DNA of 64,000 nucleotides from Chthoniobacterales bacterium (GCA_038207335.1 JBBQZX010000017.1:51787-115786); one strand, 5' to 3'. Counted from the first letter of the stretch, positions 41,676 through 51,523 are shown. Translations and numbers: made by a program. The notes: generated from the letters alone by a model not told the origin.

Positions 41676-42686
41676 ATGATCGTTACTACCGCCGACCTTT
41701 ACAAAGTGGCCTACGGCAAATTCGCTGTCGGGGCCTACAATATCAATAATGCCGAGCAGACGATGGGGCTCTTCCGGGGCTGCATCGAGAGTCAGGCACC
41801 GTTCATCATCCAGATCTCGAAGGGGGCGCGGAAGTACACGGAGAAGCGGATGCTGGAGGCGATCATCCGCTCGGCGAGTGAGATTTTCCCGGATGCGATT
41901 TTCGCGGTGCATCTGGATCATGGGGATGAATCGACGTGCTATGACTGCATTGATTCGGGGTTTTACTCGTCGGTGATGATCGATGCGTCGCACGAGAGCT
42001 TTGAGGAGAATGTGGCGATCACGAAGCGGGTGGTGGATCGGGCGCACGCGCGCGGGATCAGTGTGGAGGCGGAGCTTGGGATGCTGGGGGGCGTGGAGGA
42101 GGACATCGCGGTGGATGAGGGGAATGCGTGCCTGACAAATCCGGAGGAGGCTGTGGAGTTCATCGAAAAGACGGGGTGCGATGCGCTGGCGGCGGCGATC
42201 GGGACGAGCCACGGGGCGTATAAATTCAAGGGGCAGCAGTCGCTGCATTTCGAGGTGATCGAGGGAATCCGCGACCAACTGGCGGCGGCGGGGATGCCTC
42301 CGACGCCGATCGTGATGCACGGGAGCTCGAGTGTGCCGGTGGATGAGGTGGCGCGGATCAACGCGGCGGGCGGGACGCTGGACCCGAGCGCGCGCGGTGT
42401 GAATGAGGAGGAGTATCTGCCGGCGGCGAAGCTGGGAGTGACGAAGGTGAATATCGACACGGATGGGCGGCTGGTGTGGACGCGGGTGCACCGGGAGTAT
42501 TTCCACAGCAAGCCGGGAGAGTTCGATTTTCGCCCGCCGGGGATCATTTTCATGAATGAGTACGCGGCATTCATCGCGCGGAAAAACGTGAAGCTGGGCT
42601 CGGCCGGAAAGCTGGCGGATGTGCGGGCATTTCTCGGGCGGCAGGCGCAGGACGCTGTGGCGCAGGCGGCGATGGCGGCGCTATGA
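41676..42686 (+). CDS. fba: Fructose-bisphosphate aldolase class II
   Basis: AVGAYNINN, VHLDHG, SVMIDAS, VEAELG, GTSHGAYK, MHGSS, KVNIDTD. Confidence 0.96.
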   Translation: MIVTTADLYKVAYGKFAVGAYNINNAEQTMGLFRGCIESQAPFIIQISKGARKYTEKRMLEAIIRSASEIFPDAIFAVHLDHGDESTCYDCIDSGFYSSVMIDASHESFEENVAITKRVVDRAHARGISVEAELGMLGGVEEDIAVDEGNACLTNPEEAVEFIEKTGCDALAAAIGTSHGAYKFKGQQSLHFEVIEGIRDQLAAAGMPPTPIVMHGSSSVPVDEVARINAAGGTLDPSARGVNEEEYLPAAKLGVTKVNIDTDGRLVWTRVHREYFHSKPGEFDFRPPGIIFMNEYAAFIARKNVKLGSAGKLADVRAFLGRQAQDAVAQAAMAAL

Positions 42687-43030
42687 AGACGCTGACCGCA
42701 ATCACGGGAGCTGCGCTGCTGCTGGTGTCGCAGGCGTTGGCGGGGCCGGAGATGCCGATCGAGCAGGCGCTGAAGATCGCGACGGATTATCTGCGCGAGG
42801 CGGGGCTGGCGAAGGAGCACACGATCACTTCGCTGGCGCTGGAGTCGGGCTCGCTGCTGAAGAAGGATCTGCGGTGGGTGGCGCAGTTCAGTCCGGCGAT
42901 CGACCGGGGTGAGCGGAAGGAGACGGGGCTGCAAATTTCGCCGAATGGGGATGTCGCACGGATCGTGTCGCAGACCGTGCGCGAGCGGACGCAGGATACG
43001 TCGAAGCGCGGGGCGCGCGCGATGCGGTGA
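42683..43030 (+). CDS. Exported hypothetical protein
   Basis: Signal peptide (QALA-G); ATGA overlap with fba. Confidence 0.7.
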   Translation: MKTLTAITGAALLLVSQALAGPEMPIEQALKIATDYLREAGLAKEHTITSLALESGSLLKKDLRWVAQFSPAIDRGERKETGLQISPNGDVARIVSQTVRERTQDTSKRGARAMR

Positions 43031-43042
43031 CGGCGGCGTCCG

Positions 43043-43876
43043 ATGGAACTGCTCGCTCCGGCGAAGATTAACCTGTCCCTCGCGGTGAGGGGGCGGCGGG
43101 AGGACGGGTATCACGAGATCGACACGCTGATGTGCCCGGTGTCGGTCTTCGACCGGCTCACGATCGAGGCGCGGGATGAGGGCGGGCTGGAGTTCACGTG
43201 CGACGACGCGACCATCCCGTCGGATGACTCGAATCTCGTGGTGCGCGCCGCGAGGCTTTTCTGCGCGGAGGCTGGGATCGAGCCGCACCTGAGCATCGCA
43301 CTTTCAAAGCAAATCCCGCACGGCGCGGGGCTCGGCGGCGGCAGCAGCGACGCGGCGACGACGCTGCTCGCGCTGAATGCGATTTTCGAGACGCTCCTGT
43401 CGCGCGAGTCGCTCGCCGACATGGCCGCGCAGCTCGGGTCGGACGTGCCGTTTTTCGTCTTCCAGTCCGCAGCTATCTGCCGCGGGCGCGGGGAGGAAGT
43501 CGTGCCCTTTGAGTTCAAGGAGCAACTCGCGCTGCTGCTCATCAAGCCGCCGTTCGAGGTGCCGACGCCGTGGGCTTACAGCCGGTGGAAGGATTCGCTC
43601 GAGGTGCCCGGGATTTCCTACACGCCACAGGTTTTTGATTGGGGGCTGCTGTCGAACGACCTCGAGCGGCCGGTTTTCGAGAAGTATCTTTTCCTCGCTC
43701 AGCTCAAGCAATGGCTGCTCGCGCAGCCGGAAGTCGCAGGTGCGCTGATGTCCGGCTCGGGTGCGACCGTTTTCGCCATGCTGCACGAGAAGCAAGCAGG
43801 GACGGCCCTCGGCGAGCGACTGGCGGAGAATTTCGGGACCGATCTTTGGGTGTACCTCTGCGATACGATCGCGTGA
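43043..43876 (+). CDS. ispE: 4-diphosphocytidyl-2-C-methyl-D-erythritol kinase
   Basis: APAKINL, DGYHEI, IPHGAGLGGGSSDAA, GSDVPFF, MSGSG. Confidence 0.96.
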   Translation: MELLAPAKINLSLAVRGRREDGYHEIDTLMCPVSVFDRLTIEARDEGGLEFTCDDATIPSDDSNLVVRAARLFCAEAGIEPHLSIALSKQIPHGAGLGGGSSDAATTLLALNAIFETLLSRESLADMAAQLGSDVPFFVFQSAAICRGRGEEVVPFEFKEQLALLLIKPPFEVPTPWAYSRWKDSLEVPGISYTPQVFDWGLLSNDLERPVFEKYLFLAQLKQWLLAQPEVAGALMSGSGATVFAMLHEKQAGTALGERLAENFGTDLWVYLCDTIA

Positions 43877-43890
43877 TCGGGGCACCGAAG

Positions 43891-44826
43891 TCAGCGTTCG
43901 CGCGATGCAAGTTCGCCGTTCGGCGGGTGCTCGAAGCCGTAGGTGAGCAGCTCCATGCTGTCCTCCCAGATGCCCGGTTTATCCGTGTGCATCACGACGG
44001 CGATCACCTCGCGGGCGTCGCGCACCGCAGCGCTCACGAGGACCTGTTGCGCCGGATTCGTGTAGCCGGTTTTCACGCCGGTGCAGCCGGCGAAACGCGC
44101 GAGCAGGCGGTTGTGATTGTAGAGATCACGCACCTCGAACTCGGTGACCCAAGGGTGCTTTTGGGTCCCGACGATCTCGCGGAAAAGCGGTTGCTGCATG
44201 GCAGCGCGCGCGATTTTCGCAAGGTCGCGCGGCGTGGTGAAGTGCAGCGGATCATGGAGCCCGTGCGGATTCATGAAGTGTGTCGAAGTCGCGCCGAGTT
44301 CCTGCGCGCGCCGTGTCATCTTTTGGGCGAACGCCTCGACGGATCCGGCGTTGTCGCGGGCAAGCGCGTGCGCCACGTCGTTCGCGCTTTTCAACAGCAA
44401 CCCGTAAAGCATCTGCCGCCGCGTGAAGCGCTGGCCGGGTTTGATATCGAGCCCGCTTTCGCCGACTTTGCTGTCCTCGAGCGTCACCTCCACCTCGTGC
44501 TCGAGGTCGCCCGCCTCGATCACCAGCAGCCCCGTCATGATCTTCGTCGTGCTCGCGGGAAATTGCGCGGCGTCGGCATTCTTTTCGTAGAGCGACTGGC
44601 CGGTGTAGGCATCGATCACGATCGCGCCGCGGGCCGCGAGCGGGAGTTCGCCTTCGGCTAAAAGGTGATAGTCCGCGGGCTTCTTTGGCGTCGGCGTGGG
44701 GCGCGCAGTTGCGACGGATTTCGTCGGTCGCGGGGTGGGTTTCGCTTTTTTCTTCGTCGCACCCTCCGCCCCCGGAGCGAGGAAGAGAGCGGCGACTGCG
44801 ATGAATTTAAGAAACGTCCTGACCAT
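43891..44826 (-). CDS. D-alanyl-D-alanine carboxypeptidase (peptidase S11)
   Basis: ASTTK (SxxK), SAN (SxN), KTG; signal peptide. Confidence 0.92.
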   Translation of the reverse strand: MVRTFLKFIAVAALFLAPGAEGATKKKAKPTPRPTKSVATARPTPTPKKPADYHLLAEGELPLAARGAIVIDAYTGQSLYEKNADAAQFPASTTKIMTGLLVIEAGDLEHEVEVTLEDSKVGESGLDIKPGQRFTRRQMLYGLLLKSANDVAHALARDNAGSVEAFAQKMTRRAQELGATSTHFMNPHGLHDPLHFTTPRDLAKIARAAMQQPLFREIVGTQKHPWVTEFEVRDLYNHNRLLARFAGCTGVKTGYTNPAQQVLVSAAVRDAREVIAVVMHTDKPGIWEDSMELLTYGFEHPPNGELASRER

Positions 44827-46030
44827 CGATCATCATCCACGAAATCGGACGTTCCTCGTTGACGATTTCGTCGTGGACATGCGTCACGTCACCCGAAGTC
44901 GGAAGCGCGATCAAGTCGGCAAGCGCGCCAGGAGCGATTCGCCCGAGCTCCGCGGCCCGACCGAGAGCGCGCGCCGGGTTGAGCGTGATCGTTTTCAAAA
45001 GCTCCTCCGCACCGAGCCACGGCTCGCGCTCGCGCACGCGCCGGAGCTCGCGCAGGAGGCTGAGCGAGTCGGTGCTCGCGAGGCTGTCGGTGGCCACGCA
45101 GATGTTCAGGCCCATCTCGAGCAGGCGGCGAAATGCGAACGGCGAATGTCCGAAATATGCGTGGCTGCCGGGGCAATGCACGATGTGCGGGCCGCCGGTC
45201 GACGCGGCCTCCGCGAGCAGGGCGAAGTCTCCTTCGTCGAGTTCGTTCATGTGCGCGAGGATCCAGCGCCGGTCGATCGCGCCGCTGCGCCAGAGATTCT
45301 GGAATGGTGTCGTGCGCCCGCAGTCGCTCATCGGTCGTTGCAGCGACGACATGAATGCGTGCAGCGGGCCGCGCGCGTGGCGGAACATCGCGAACTCTTC
45401 GCGCGACTCGGCGACGTGAGTAGTGAGCGGCATTTCCATTGTCGCGGCGCAGTCATTCGCGAGGCCGTAGAGCATGGTCGATGCGGTGTAGGGCGCGTGC
45501 GGACTGAGCCCGAAGCCGCCGTGCCGGCCATCGCGCCGCTGGAAAAACGAGAGCGCGCCGGCAACCACATCGTCCGTTGTGATGCGGTGCCGGATGTCGA
45601 TCATCTCGTAGAACCACCACGTACGAATCGGAGTATCGACGATGCGCGGCATGAGCTCGGGAAATGCCTCAATGTTGCAGACGGTGGTCGTGCCCCAGCG
45701 CTTGAGTTCTCCGAAGCCGCGCGAGATCGCGGCGAGATAATCGTCATCGTCGAGCCCGCGTTTGAGCGCGTTGATCCGCTGCACCCATGCGGTGAAACTC
45801 GCGGGCGGCGAGATCACTTTTTTCAACATCGTATAGTCGAGGTGGCAGTGCGCGTTGATGAGCCCCGGCAGAACGACGCGCTCGCCGAGATCGAGCACGG
45901 GCCCGTCGTCGAGCGCGCGCATATCCTCCAGCGTGCCGACGGCGACGATGTGGTCGTGGTCGATCGAAATCGCGCCGTGCTCGATCGGCGCTCCGTCCAT
46001 CGTGACGACGATGCGGGCGGTGACGATCAT
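44807..46030 (-). CDS. Metal-dependent amidohydrolase (TRZ/ATZ-type deaminase; possibly aminodeoxyfutalosine deaminase)
   Basis: PGLINAHCHLD, SPHAPY, THVAES, HCPGS, ATDSLAS. Confidence 0.82.
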   Translation of the reverse strand: MIVTARIVVTMDGAPIEHGAISIDHDHIVAVGTLEDMRALDDGPVLDLGERVVLPGLINAHCHLDYTMLKKVISPPASFTAWVQRINALKRGLDDDDYLAAISRGFGELKRWGTTTVCNIEAFPELMPRIVDTPIRTWWFYEMIDIRHRITTDDVVAGALSFFQRRDGRHGGFGLSPHAPYTASTMLYGLANDCAATMEMPLTTHVAESREEFAMFRHARGPLHAFMSSLQRPMSDCGRTTPFQNLWRSGAIDRRWILAHMNELDEGDFALLAEAASTGGPHIVHCPGSHAYFGHSPFAFRRLLEMGLNICVATDSLASTDSLSLLRELRRVREREPWLGAEELLKTITLNPARALGRAAELGRIAPGALADLIALPTSGDVTHVHDEIVNEERPISWMMIDGQDVS

Positions 46031-46659
46031 GCTTGCGCGCGTTTCACGACTTCGCGCGCTTTGGCCACCAGCAGGTTGCAGGCTTCCGAGCACAGGAGGG
46101 GAATCGTGCGTGCCGCGCCGGGCGGTTGAGTCGCGGTCGGGTCGAATTTTTCCGGCGGCAGCGAAGTCACCGCGCGATCCGGCGCGATGCGCCACAGGAT
46201 CGTCTTCAGGCAGCCGCCGTCCGATTTGCAAAGGTCGCCGATCATCGCGTCGGCCTGCTCGTCGGTGATCTTTTTTGTGACTGCGTACATGCCGCTCTGG
46301 CGCGCGAGCGTCTCGCGCAGAAGGATGGAGAAAAGCTCACCGCGTTCGTGGCTGAGCAGCGTGCCGAGCATCGCGGGGTAGAAGACATCGAGCGCGCTGT
46401 GCAGCTCGCCGATGCCCGCCAGCACAAGGCTCCAGCCCCGTCGCAGCGTCGGCGCGCTTTTCAGCGGACGGAAATTTCCCGCGTCGTCGCACGTCGCCAG
46501 CGCTCGCGCATCGGTGTGCGTTTTCAAGTCGTCGCGACCCACGTCGCGGTAGTGCCGCAGCTCGAAATTTTCGCCCTGCGGCTCGATCGCGATCTCCCCG
46601 ATTTGGCGGAAGTCGTCGTCGAGCCAGCGTGCGAGCGCTTGCGAAATATCGCGACTCAT
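46027..46659 (-). CDS. DR2241-family protein with 4-Cys (putative Fe-S) motif
   Basis: FRPLKSAPTLRRGW, FYPA, RQSGMY, CKSDGGCLK and LLCSEACN. Confidence 0.75.
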   Translation of the reverse strand: MSRDISQALARWLDDDFRQIGEIAIEPQGENFELRHYRDVGRDDLKTHTDARALATCDDAGNFRPLKSAPTLRRGWSLVLAGIGELHSALDVFYPAMLGTLLSHERGELFSILLRETLARQSGMYAVTKKITDEQADAMIGDLCKSDGGCLKTILWRIAPDRAVTSLPPEKFDPTATQPPGAARTIPLLCSEACNLLVAKAREVVKRAQA

Positions 46660-47486
46660 CGCGTGCCGTTCGCGCGGTCGAACTCGGCGACCTGATCCAA
46701 AATCACATCGGCAAACAGTGGCTCGGTGCCGATCGAGCTGGCGTAGAAAAGCGTGCGTCCGCGGAGCTGGTGCGGATTGTGGCGAAACACATCGCGCTGG
46801 CTCGCGGCCGCCGTCGGCTCGGACTCGATGCCAAGCAGCACGGGGATGTCCTGGTAGCTGTGCAGCCCGTCGGCGATGAAGAACGGTACGACGATCACAT
46901 TGGGCTGCGACGCGAGTTCATCCCACCGCGAGATGAGCGGCTCCTCCTCCATGTAGGCATTCAGCACCTCGCCGAAAATCCCCCGTTCGGCGATCGCCTG
47001 CACCTCGCGTTTTGCGGCCACGGCGGAGTTGTCGTTGAGATCGGTGCCGTGGCCCACGATGAAAAGCGTGGTCTCGTGCGGCGGCACGCCGGGCGCGATT
47101 TCGAGCGCGCGCTTCAGCAGCAGTTCGGTCATGCGCGGGTGGCTGCCGACCGGCTCGCAATATCGGATCGTGCGGCCCGCGCGCTGCGTCTCCGCGCCGC
47201 TTAACTCGAGTTCCCGCGGGATGACGGTTCGGGTGAAGTAACCTTCGCTGATGAAGTTCGGCACGACGTAGATTTCATCCCGCTCCACGAGATGCATCAC
47301 CTGCCGCAGGCTCGGCTCCTCTTTCCAAAAGACCGAATGCACTTCGCCGAATACGCCGCGCCGCGAGATTTCATCGGCATGGGAGAAAGTCGGTGCGCTG
47401 GAATCGGGATTCACGGTCGAGCCGTGCCCGACGATGACGAGAGCGCTGTCGGGTTTGGAAAAGGTCGCGTTTTTCAATCCGACCAA
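46656..47486 (-). CDS. CbiX/SirB-family chelatase (two-domain)
   Basis: Duplicated VGHGS/VGHGT, KEEP/EEEP, VVPNF/VVPFF, DGLH...DIP. Confidence 0.85.
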   Translation of the reverse strand: MVGLKNATFSKPDSALVIVGHGSTVNPDSSAPTFSHADEISRRGVFGEVHSVFWKEEPSLRQVMHLVERDEIYVVPNFISEGYFTRTVIPRELELSGAETQRAGRTIRYCEPVGSHPRMTELLLKRALEIAPGVPPHETTLFIVGHGTDLNDNSAVAAKREVQAIAERGIFGEVLNAYMEEEPLISRWDELASQPNVIVVPFFIADGLHSYQDIPVLLGIESEPTAAASQRDVFRHNPHQLRGRTLFYASSIGTEPLFADVILDQVAEFDRANGTR

Positions 47487-47513
47487 TATGCACCGATCGG
47501 CCCGCGGAGTCAG

Positions 47514-48158
47514 CTACAGCGCGCGAAATTCCACCACGCCGAAACGCTCCGGCGTGTGAAATGTGGGACGCCGCGGCGGACTCCACGCGCTCAAAACTCG
47601 CGGCCCCGTGCGCGGGCGATCGATCCGGCAGAAATTTGCGCGCCACGTGTCGCCCGGCGCAGGCGGTGGCCCGGCGATCAAGCTGGAGAAAGGGATGGCG
47701 AGTTCTGTTGTCCACGCGGCGGTGCCGAATGTGACGCGTGTTCGCAACCCGTCGCAGCGCCACGCCAGCGATTTTGCATAGCCGCTCCGGGTTCGCCGGA
47801 GAACGAGATCGAGGACTGCGTTGAGCGGATTAACTTCAATCTCGAAGTAGCACTCCAAGTCGCCCACGGGATCGAGAAAGACCTCCACGACTTCCTCTTT
47901 GTAGAGAGGCCCATCGCGCTCGGTAAGGGTGGCCCATGGATCGCGATCGGTGGAGTGGAAAAGAACGCGTAGCTCGCGCGCATCACAAGCGAGGTGCAGC
48001 GCGGTCGGTTGGTCAGGCTCCCCTCCACCGATCGCCTCCGAGAGCGACGACGGCTGGATCGTTTTCCAAAAATCCGAGCCCGCGTGCGCCGTGAGATCGG
48101 GCAGTTCGCGAATGGTGCAGATGATGCGCGGCAAAGTCGGCGCGATCATCGCGGACAA
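47514..48158 (-). CDS. Carbohydrate-binding family 9-like protein
   Basis: EEVVEVFLDP, YFEIEVNP, WTTELAIPF, WRANFCR, AWSP..TFHTPERFG. Confidence 0.8.
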   Translation of the reverse strand: MSAMIAPTLPRIICTIRELPDLTAHAGSDFWKTIQPSSLSEAIGGGEPDQPTALHLACDARELRVLFHSTDRDPWATLTERDGPLYKEEVVEVFLDPVGDLECYFEIEVNPLNAVLDLVLRRTRSGYAKSLAWRCDGLRTRVTFGTAAWTTELAIPFSSLIAGPPPAPGDTWRANFCRIDRPRTGPRVLSAWSPPRRPTFHTPERFGVVEFRAL

Positions 48159-48168
48159 AGACGCGAAA

Positions 48169-48684
48169 TTAGATCGGCGACTTGATCGAGAATGCCATCA
48201 CCGCCGCCGCAACGAACACGAGGATCGCCACGCCGGCAAAAACAAGGATGGCCGTACCGATCGGATCCTTCTCCTTTTTCTTGCTGGAAAATGGAGACGC
48301 ATTTGCGAAATCCGCGGGACGGACACTCGATTCGGCGACGACGGCTGCGACGCCTTCAGAGGCGGGCATCGGCTGCTCGGCACCGACGTGTTCGGAGGCG
48401 TAGAGGCACTCGATATTTCCGAAAACGATCGCGTCGCCGTTTTGCAACGGGCGCTCCTCATCGGCTGCGACGGGCGCGCCGTTGAGGGTCGTTCCGTTCG
48501 TGGAGCCGATGTCTTTCAGCGTGTAATCCGCGGAGCCACCGAGAAGCTGCGCGTGGTTGCTGGAGACCGAAATATCCGCGATCTCGATCGTGTTATCCGG
48601 CCTGCGGCCGATCGTGATGAGACTCTCGGTGAGTTCGTGGGTTTGCTCGGTGCCGTCGGGGAGAGTGATCTGGAGCGTGGGCAT
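48169..48684 (-). CDS. FHA-domain protein with C-terminal TM anchor
   Basis: IGRRPDN, VSSNHA, DIGSTNGT; C-terminal hydrophobic helix. Confidence 0.9.
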   Translation of the reverse strand: MPTLQITLPDGTEQTHELTESLITIGRRPDNTIEIADISVSSNHAQLLGGSADYTLKDIGSTNGTTLNGAPVAADEERPLQNGDAIVFGNIECLYASEHVGAEQPMPASEGVAAVVAESSVRPADFANASPFSSKKKEKDPIGTAILVFAGVAILVFVAAAVMAFSIKSPI

Positions 48685-48696
48685 GGGGCGGGGAGA

Positions 48697-49875
48697 TTAG
48701 CGGCGCGAGCCGTGTTCATCAATGAGTTTGGCAAACTGCTGAAAGAAGTAGCTCGCGTCGTTCGGACCGGGCGCGGCTTCGGGGTGATATTGCACGCTGA
48801 AGACCGGCAGTTCCCTGTGTCGCAGGCCCTCGACCGTGCCGTCGTTGAGATTGATGTGCGACACCTCGACATTCGCCGGCAGCGAGTCGGGATCGACCGC
48901 GAACCCGTGATTTTGCGAAGTGATCGTCACCTTGTTCGTCGCGAGATCCTTCACCGGCTGATTGCCGCCGCGGTGCCCAAACTTGAGTTTGAAAGTCTTC
49001 CCGCCGACCGCGTAGCTCAGCATTTGGTGCCCGAGGCAGATGCCGAAAATCGGCGTCTTCCCCATCAGCCCGCGCAGGCTCTCATGCACATATCCGAGCG
49101 CCGCCGGATCGCCGGGGCCATTCGACAAAAAGACGCCGTCCGGTTTCAACGCGAGCACATCCGCAGCGGACGTGTCGGCGGGCACGACGCGCACTTTGAA
49201 GCCCTCCTGCCGCAAGCGCCGCAGGATATTCCGCTTCATCCCAAAATCGTACGCAACGATCGAATGCGTGACCGGCGGCAGCTTTTCGAACACCTCGCCG
49301 TCCTCGGTGATCTCCGTGTTCGCGCCGTCGCCTTTCACGATCGTCCAGCGTCGGCTCAGCGTGCTCTCCGGGTCCCAGTCATACGCCGCGGCCGGCGTCA
49401 CTTCTTTCACAAAATCCATGCCGACGACGCCAGTCCCCTCGCCCGCCCGGCGCACCGCTTCATCGACTGAAATATCCTCGCTCGTGAGGCATCCTTTCAT
49501 CGCGCCTTTGTCGCGCAGATGCCGCGTGAGCGCCCGCGTGTCGATGCCCTGAATTCCGGGGATGCCCGCCTTTTTGAGATAATCGTCGAGCGTCCCGTGC
49601 GAGCGCCAGTTGCTCGGGATCGGGCTCAGTTCCTCGATTACAAACCCGCGCACATGCGGCTCGCCGCTCTCCTCATCGAGCGCATTCACGCCGTAATTTC
49701 CGATCTCGGGATACGTCATCGCCACGATCTGCCCGCGATACGACGGATCGGTGAGCACCTCCTGGTAGCCCGTCATCGACGTGTTGAAACAAACCTCACC
49801 GATCGCCGAGCCCGTCGCGCCAAAGCTTTCGCCGATGAAGTGCCGTCCGTCTTCGAGTGCTAAAATCGCGCGCAT
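48697..49875 (-). CDS. carA: Carbamoyl-phosphate synthase small subunit
   Basis: GEVCFNTSMTGYQEVLTDPSY, SNGPGDP, GICLGHQ, QYHPEAAPGP. Confidence 0.97.
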   Translation of the reverse strand: MRAILALEDGRHFIGESFGATGSAIGEVCFNTSMTGYQEVLTDPSYRGQIVAMTYPEIGNYGVNALDEESGEPHVRGFVIEELSPIPSNWRSHGTLDDYLKKAGIPGIQGIDTRALTRHLRDKGAMKGCLTSEDISVDEAVRRAGEGTGVVGMDFVKEVTPAAAYDWDPESTLSRRWTIVKGDGANTEITEDGEVFEKLPPVTHSIVAYDFGMKRNILRRLRQEGFKVRVVPADTSAADVLALKPDGVFLSNGPGDPAALGYVHESLRGLMGKTPIFGICLGHQMLSYAVGGKTFKLKFGHRGGNQPVKDLATNKVTITSQNHGFAVDPDSLPANVEVSHINLNDGTVEGLRHRELPVFSVQYHPEAAPGPNDASYFFQQFAKLIDEHGSRR

Positions 49876-49931
49876 GTGGCCGCGCAGCAAAACGTCTGCG
49901 CGTCGCAATTTGAAGCGCAAATCGCGACGAA

Positions 49932-51203
49932 CTACAGCCGCTCGCTCGTCTCCGCTTTCAGCAAATCCTCCAGCGTCTCGCGCCGCGAAATCATCTCCAC
50001 CGACCCGTCTGTCTCGACCCAAAGCTGCGGCGCCTTTCCGATCGAGTTGTAATTCGACGACATCGCGTAGCCGTACGCACCCGCGTCGCGGATCGCGAGC
50101 AAGTCGCCGACCTCCACGCGCGGCAGCGCACGCGGCACGAGCAACTCCGCCTCGTCGCGCGTGAACACATCGCCGCTCTCGCACAGCGGTCCAGCGACCA
50201 CGATCTCCTCTTCATCGCCCGATTTCCCGACGACCTCGATGCGGTGAAAACTCCCGTACATCGCCGGCCGCACGAGATCGACAAACCCTGCATCGACCAT
50301 CGCGAATTTCATCCCGCGCCCCTTCTCATTCGTCCGCGTCTGCTTCACATCCGCCACGCGCGTGACCAGCGTGCAGCCCGGCGCGACGTAGTACCGCCCC
50401 GGCTCGATCTCCAGCCGAATCGCGCGTCCCGCCGCCGCGCACATTTTCTCCCGGCACTCGGAGAACAAGCGCTGAAGCGGCTCCAGCGGCACCTGCGAAT
50501 TCGGATCGCGATAATTGTGCGGAATGCCGCCGCCCAAGCTCACCGCACCGACATCGGGAAATTTCGGGATCAACTCCGCGAATTCCGCCGCGAGCTTCGT
50601 GAGATTTTCCACGAGCTCCTCGAATTTCGGCCCACTCCCGATGTGCGCGTGCAGCATCACGATTCGCATCCCCGCGCGCGCCGCAGCCTCGGCGGTTTCC
50701 GCGAGATCGTGCCACCAGATTCCATGCTTCGAGCTCGGCCCGCCCGTGTCGCACGAGTTCACGTGCCCGTGCCCGAATCCCGGATTGACGCGAATCGAAA
50801 TCCCCCCGCGAAAACCCGCCCGCGCGAGATCCGCGATCATCCCCGGCGAGCCGATATTCGGCAAAATCCCGTGCTTCAGCACCACCTCCATCGCGTTGTC
50901 GCGAAACACATCCGCCGTGAAACACACCACCGGCGGCTCACTCCCCGCGGCGTGTCCCGCGTGCAGCGCTCGCAGCACTTCATTCCCCGACACCGCGTCG
51001 ATCCAAATCCCGCTCGCCTGCATCTCGCGCAGCACCTTCGTCGTCGGGCACGCCTTCATCGCGAAGCGCGCCTGCACGCCCTCCCCGCTCGTCATCGCCT
51101 TCACATTTGCGATCCTCGCCCGGATCACCGCCGCCTCATAAAGCCAAAACGGAGTGCCGACTTTCGCGGCGAGCGAGCGCAGAAACGCGGGATCGAGATT
51201 CAT
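49932..51203 (-). CDS. lysA: Diaminopimelate decarboxylase
   Basis: RFAMKA (PLP Lys), HAHIGSG, EPGRY, RPAMYG, GPLCESGD, GAYG..MSSNYN. Confidence 0.93.
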   Translation of the reverse strand: MNLDPAFLRSLAAKVGTPFWLYEAAVIRARIANVKAMTSGEGVQARFAMKACPTTKVLREMQASGIWIDAVSGNEVLRALHAGHAAGSEPPVVCFTADVFRDNAMEVVLKHGILPNIGSPGMIADLARAGFRGGISIRVNPGFGHGHVNSCDTGGPSSKHGIWWHDLAETAEAAARAGMRIVMLHAHIGSGPKFEELVENLTKLAAEFAELIPKFPDVGAVSLGGGIPHNYRDPNSQVPLEPLQRLFSECREKMCAAAGRAIRLEIEPGRYYVAPGCTLVTRVADVKQTRTNEKGRGMKFAMVDAGFVDLVRPAMYGSFHRIEVVGKSGDEEEIVVAGPLCESGDVFTRDEAELLVPRALPRVEVGDLLAIRDAGAYGYAMSSNYNSIGKAPQLWVETDGSVEMISRRETLEDLLKAETSERL

Positions 51204-51287
51204 GGAAAAAGGGCGCGCATCATCGCCACCACCCGGCGCTTGGCAAGACTCGGCCCGGACCTCGGGGTGCCTTCTGGAGAAAACCAA

Positions 51288-51357
51288 TTGTAGCCGGCCA
51301 TTCCTGGCCACCCGCCCCTCGATCTTCGCACCGGCGGCCAAAATGGCCATCCTACAA
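51288..51357. repeat. GTAG-type REP doublet (second subfamily)
   Basis: TTGTAGCCGGCCATTCCTGGCC ... GGCCAAAATGGCCATCCTACAA with inverted ends. Confidence 0.55.
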
Positions 51358-51404
51358 CCTCGACCTCCTGCGGATGCCTGCGCTTACACCCTCCGCGCAC
51401 GACC

Positions 51405-51523
51405 CACCTCGTCTCCGCCCACGCGGAAAATGGCGATCATCTCGACCGGGCCGAGGTCATCTTGAAGACGCCGGCGCGGAAGACATCAGCACCGTCAGCG
51501 AAGCCGCCGTTCCCAACGTGTAA
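51405..51523 (+). pseudogene. Frameshifted 3' remnant of a general-stress/DUF3341-like membrane protein gene
   Basis: HLVSAHAENGDHLDRAEVI / 1-nt frameshift / EDAGAEDISTVSEAAVPNV* resembles the C-terminus xISVH....D....A..IF..AGAEDIS of that family. Confidence 0.5.
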
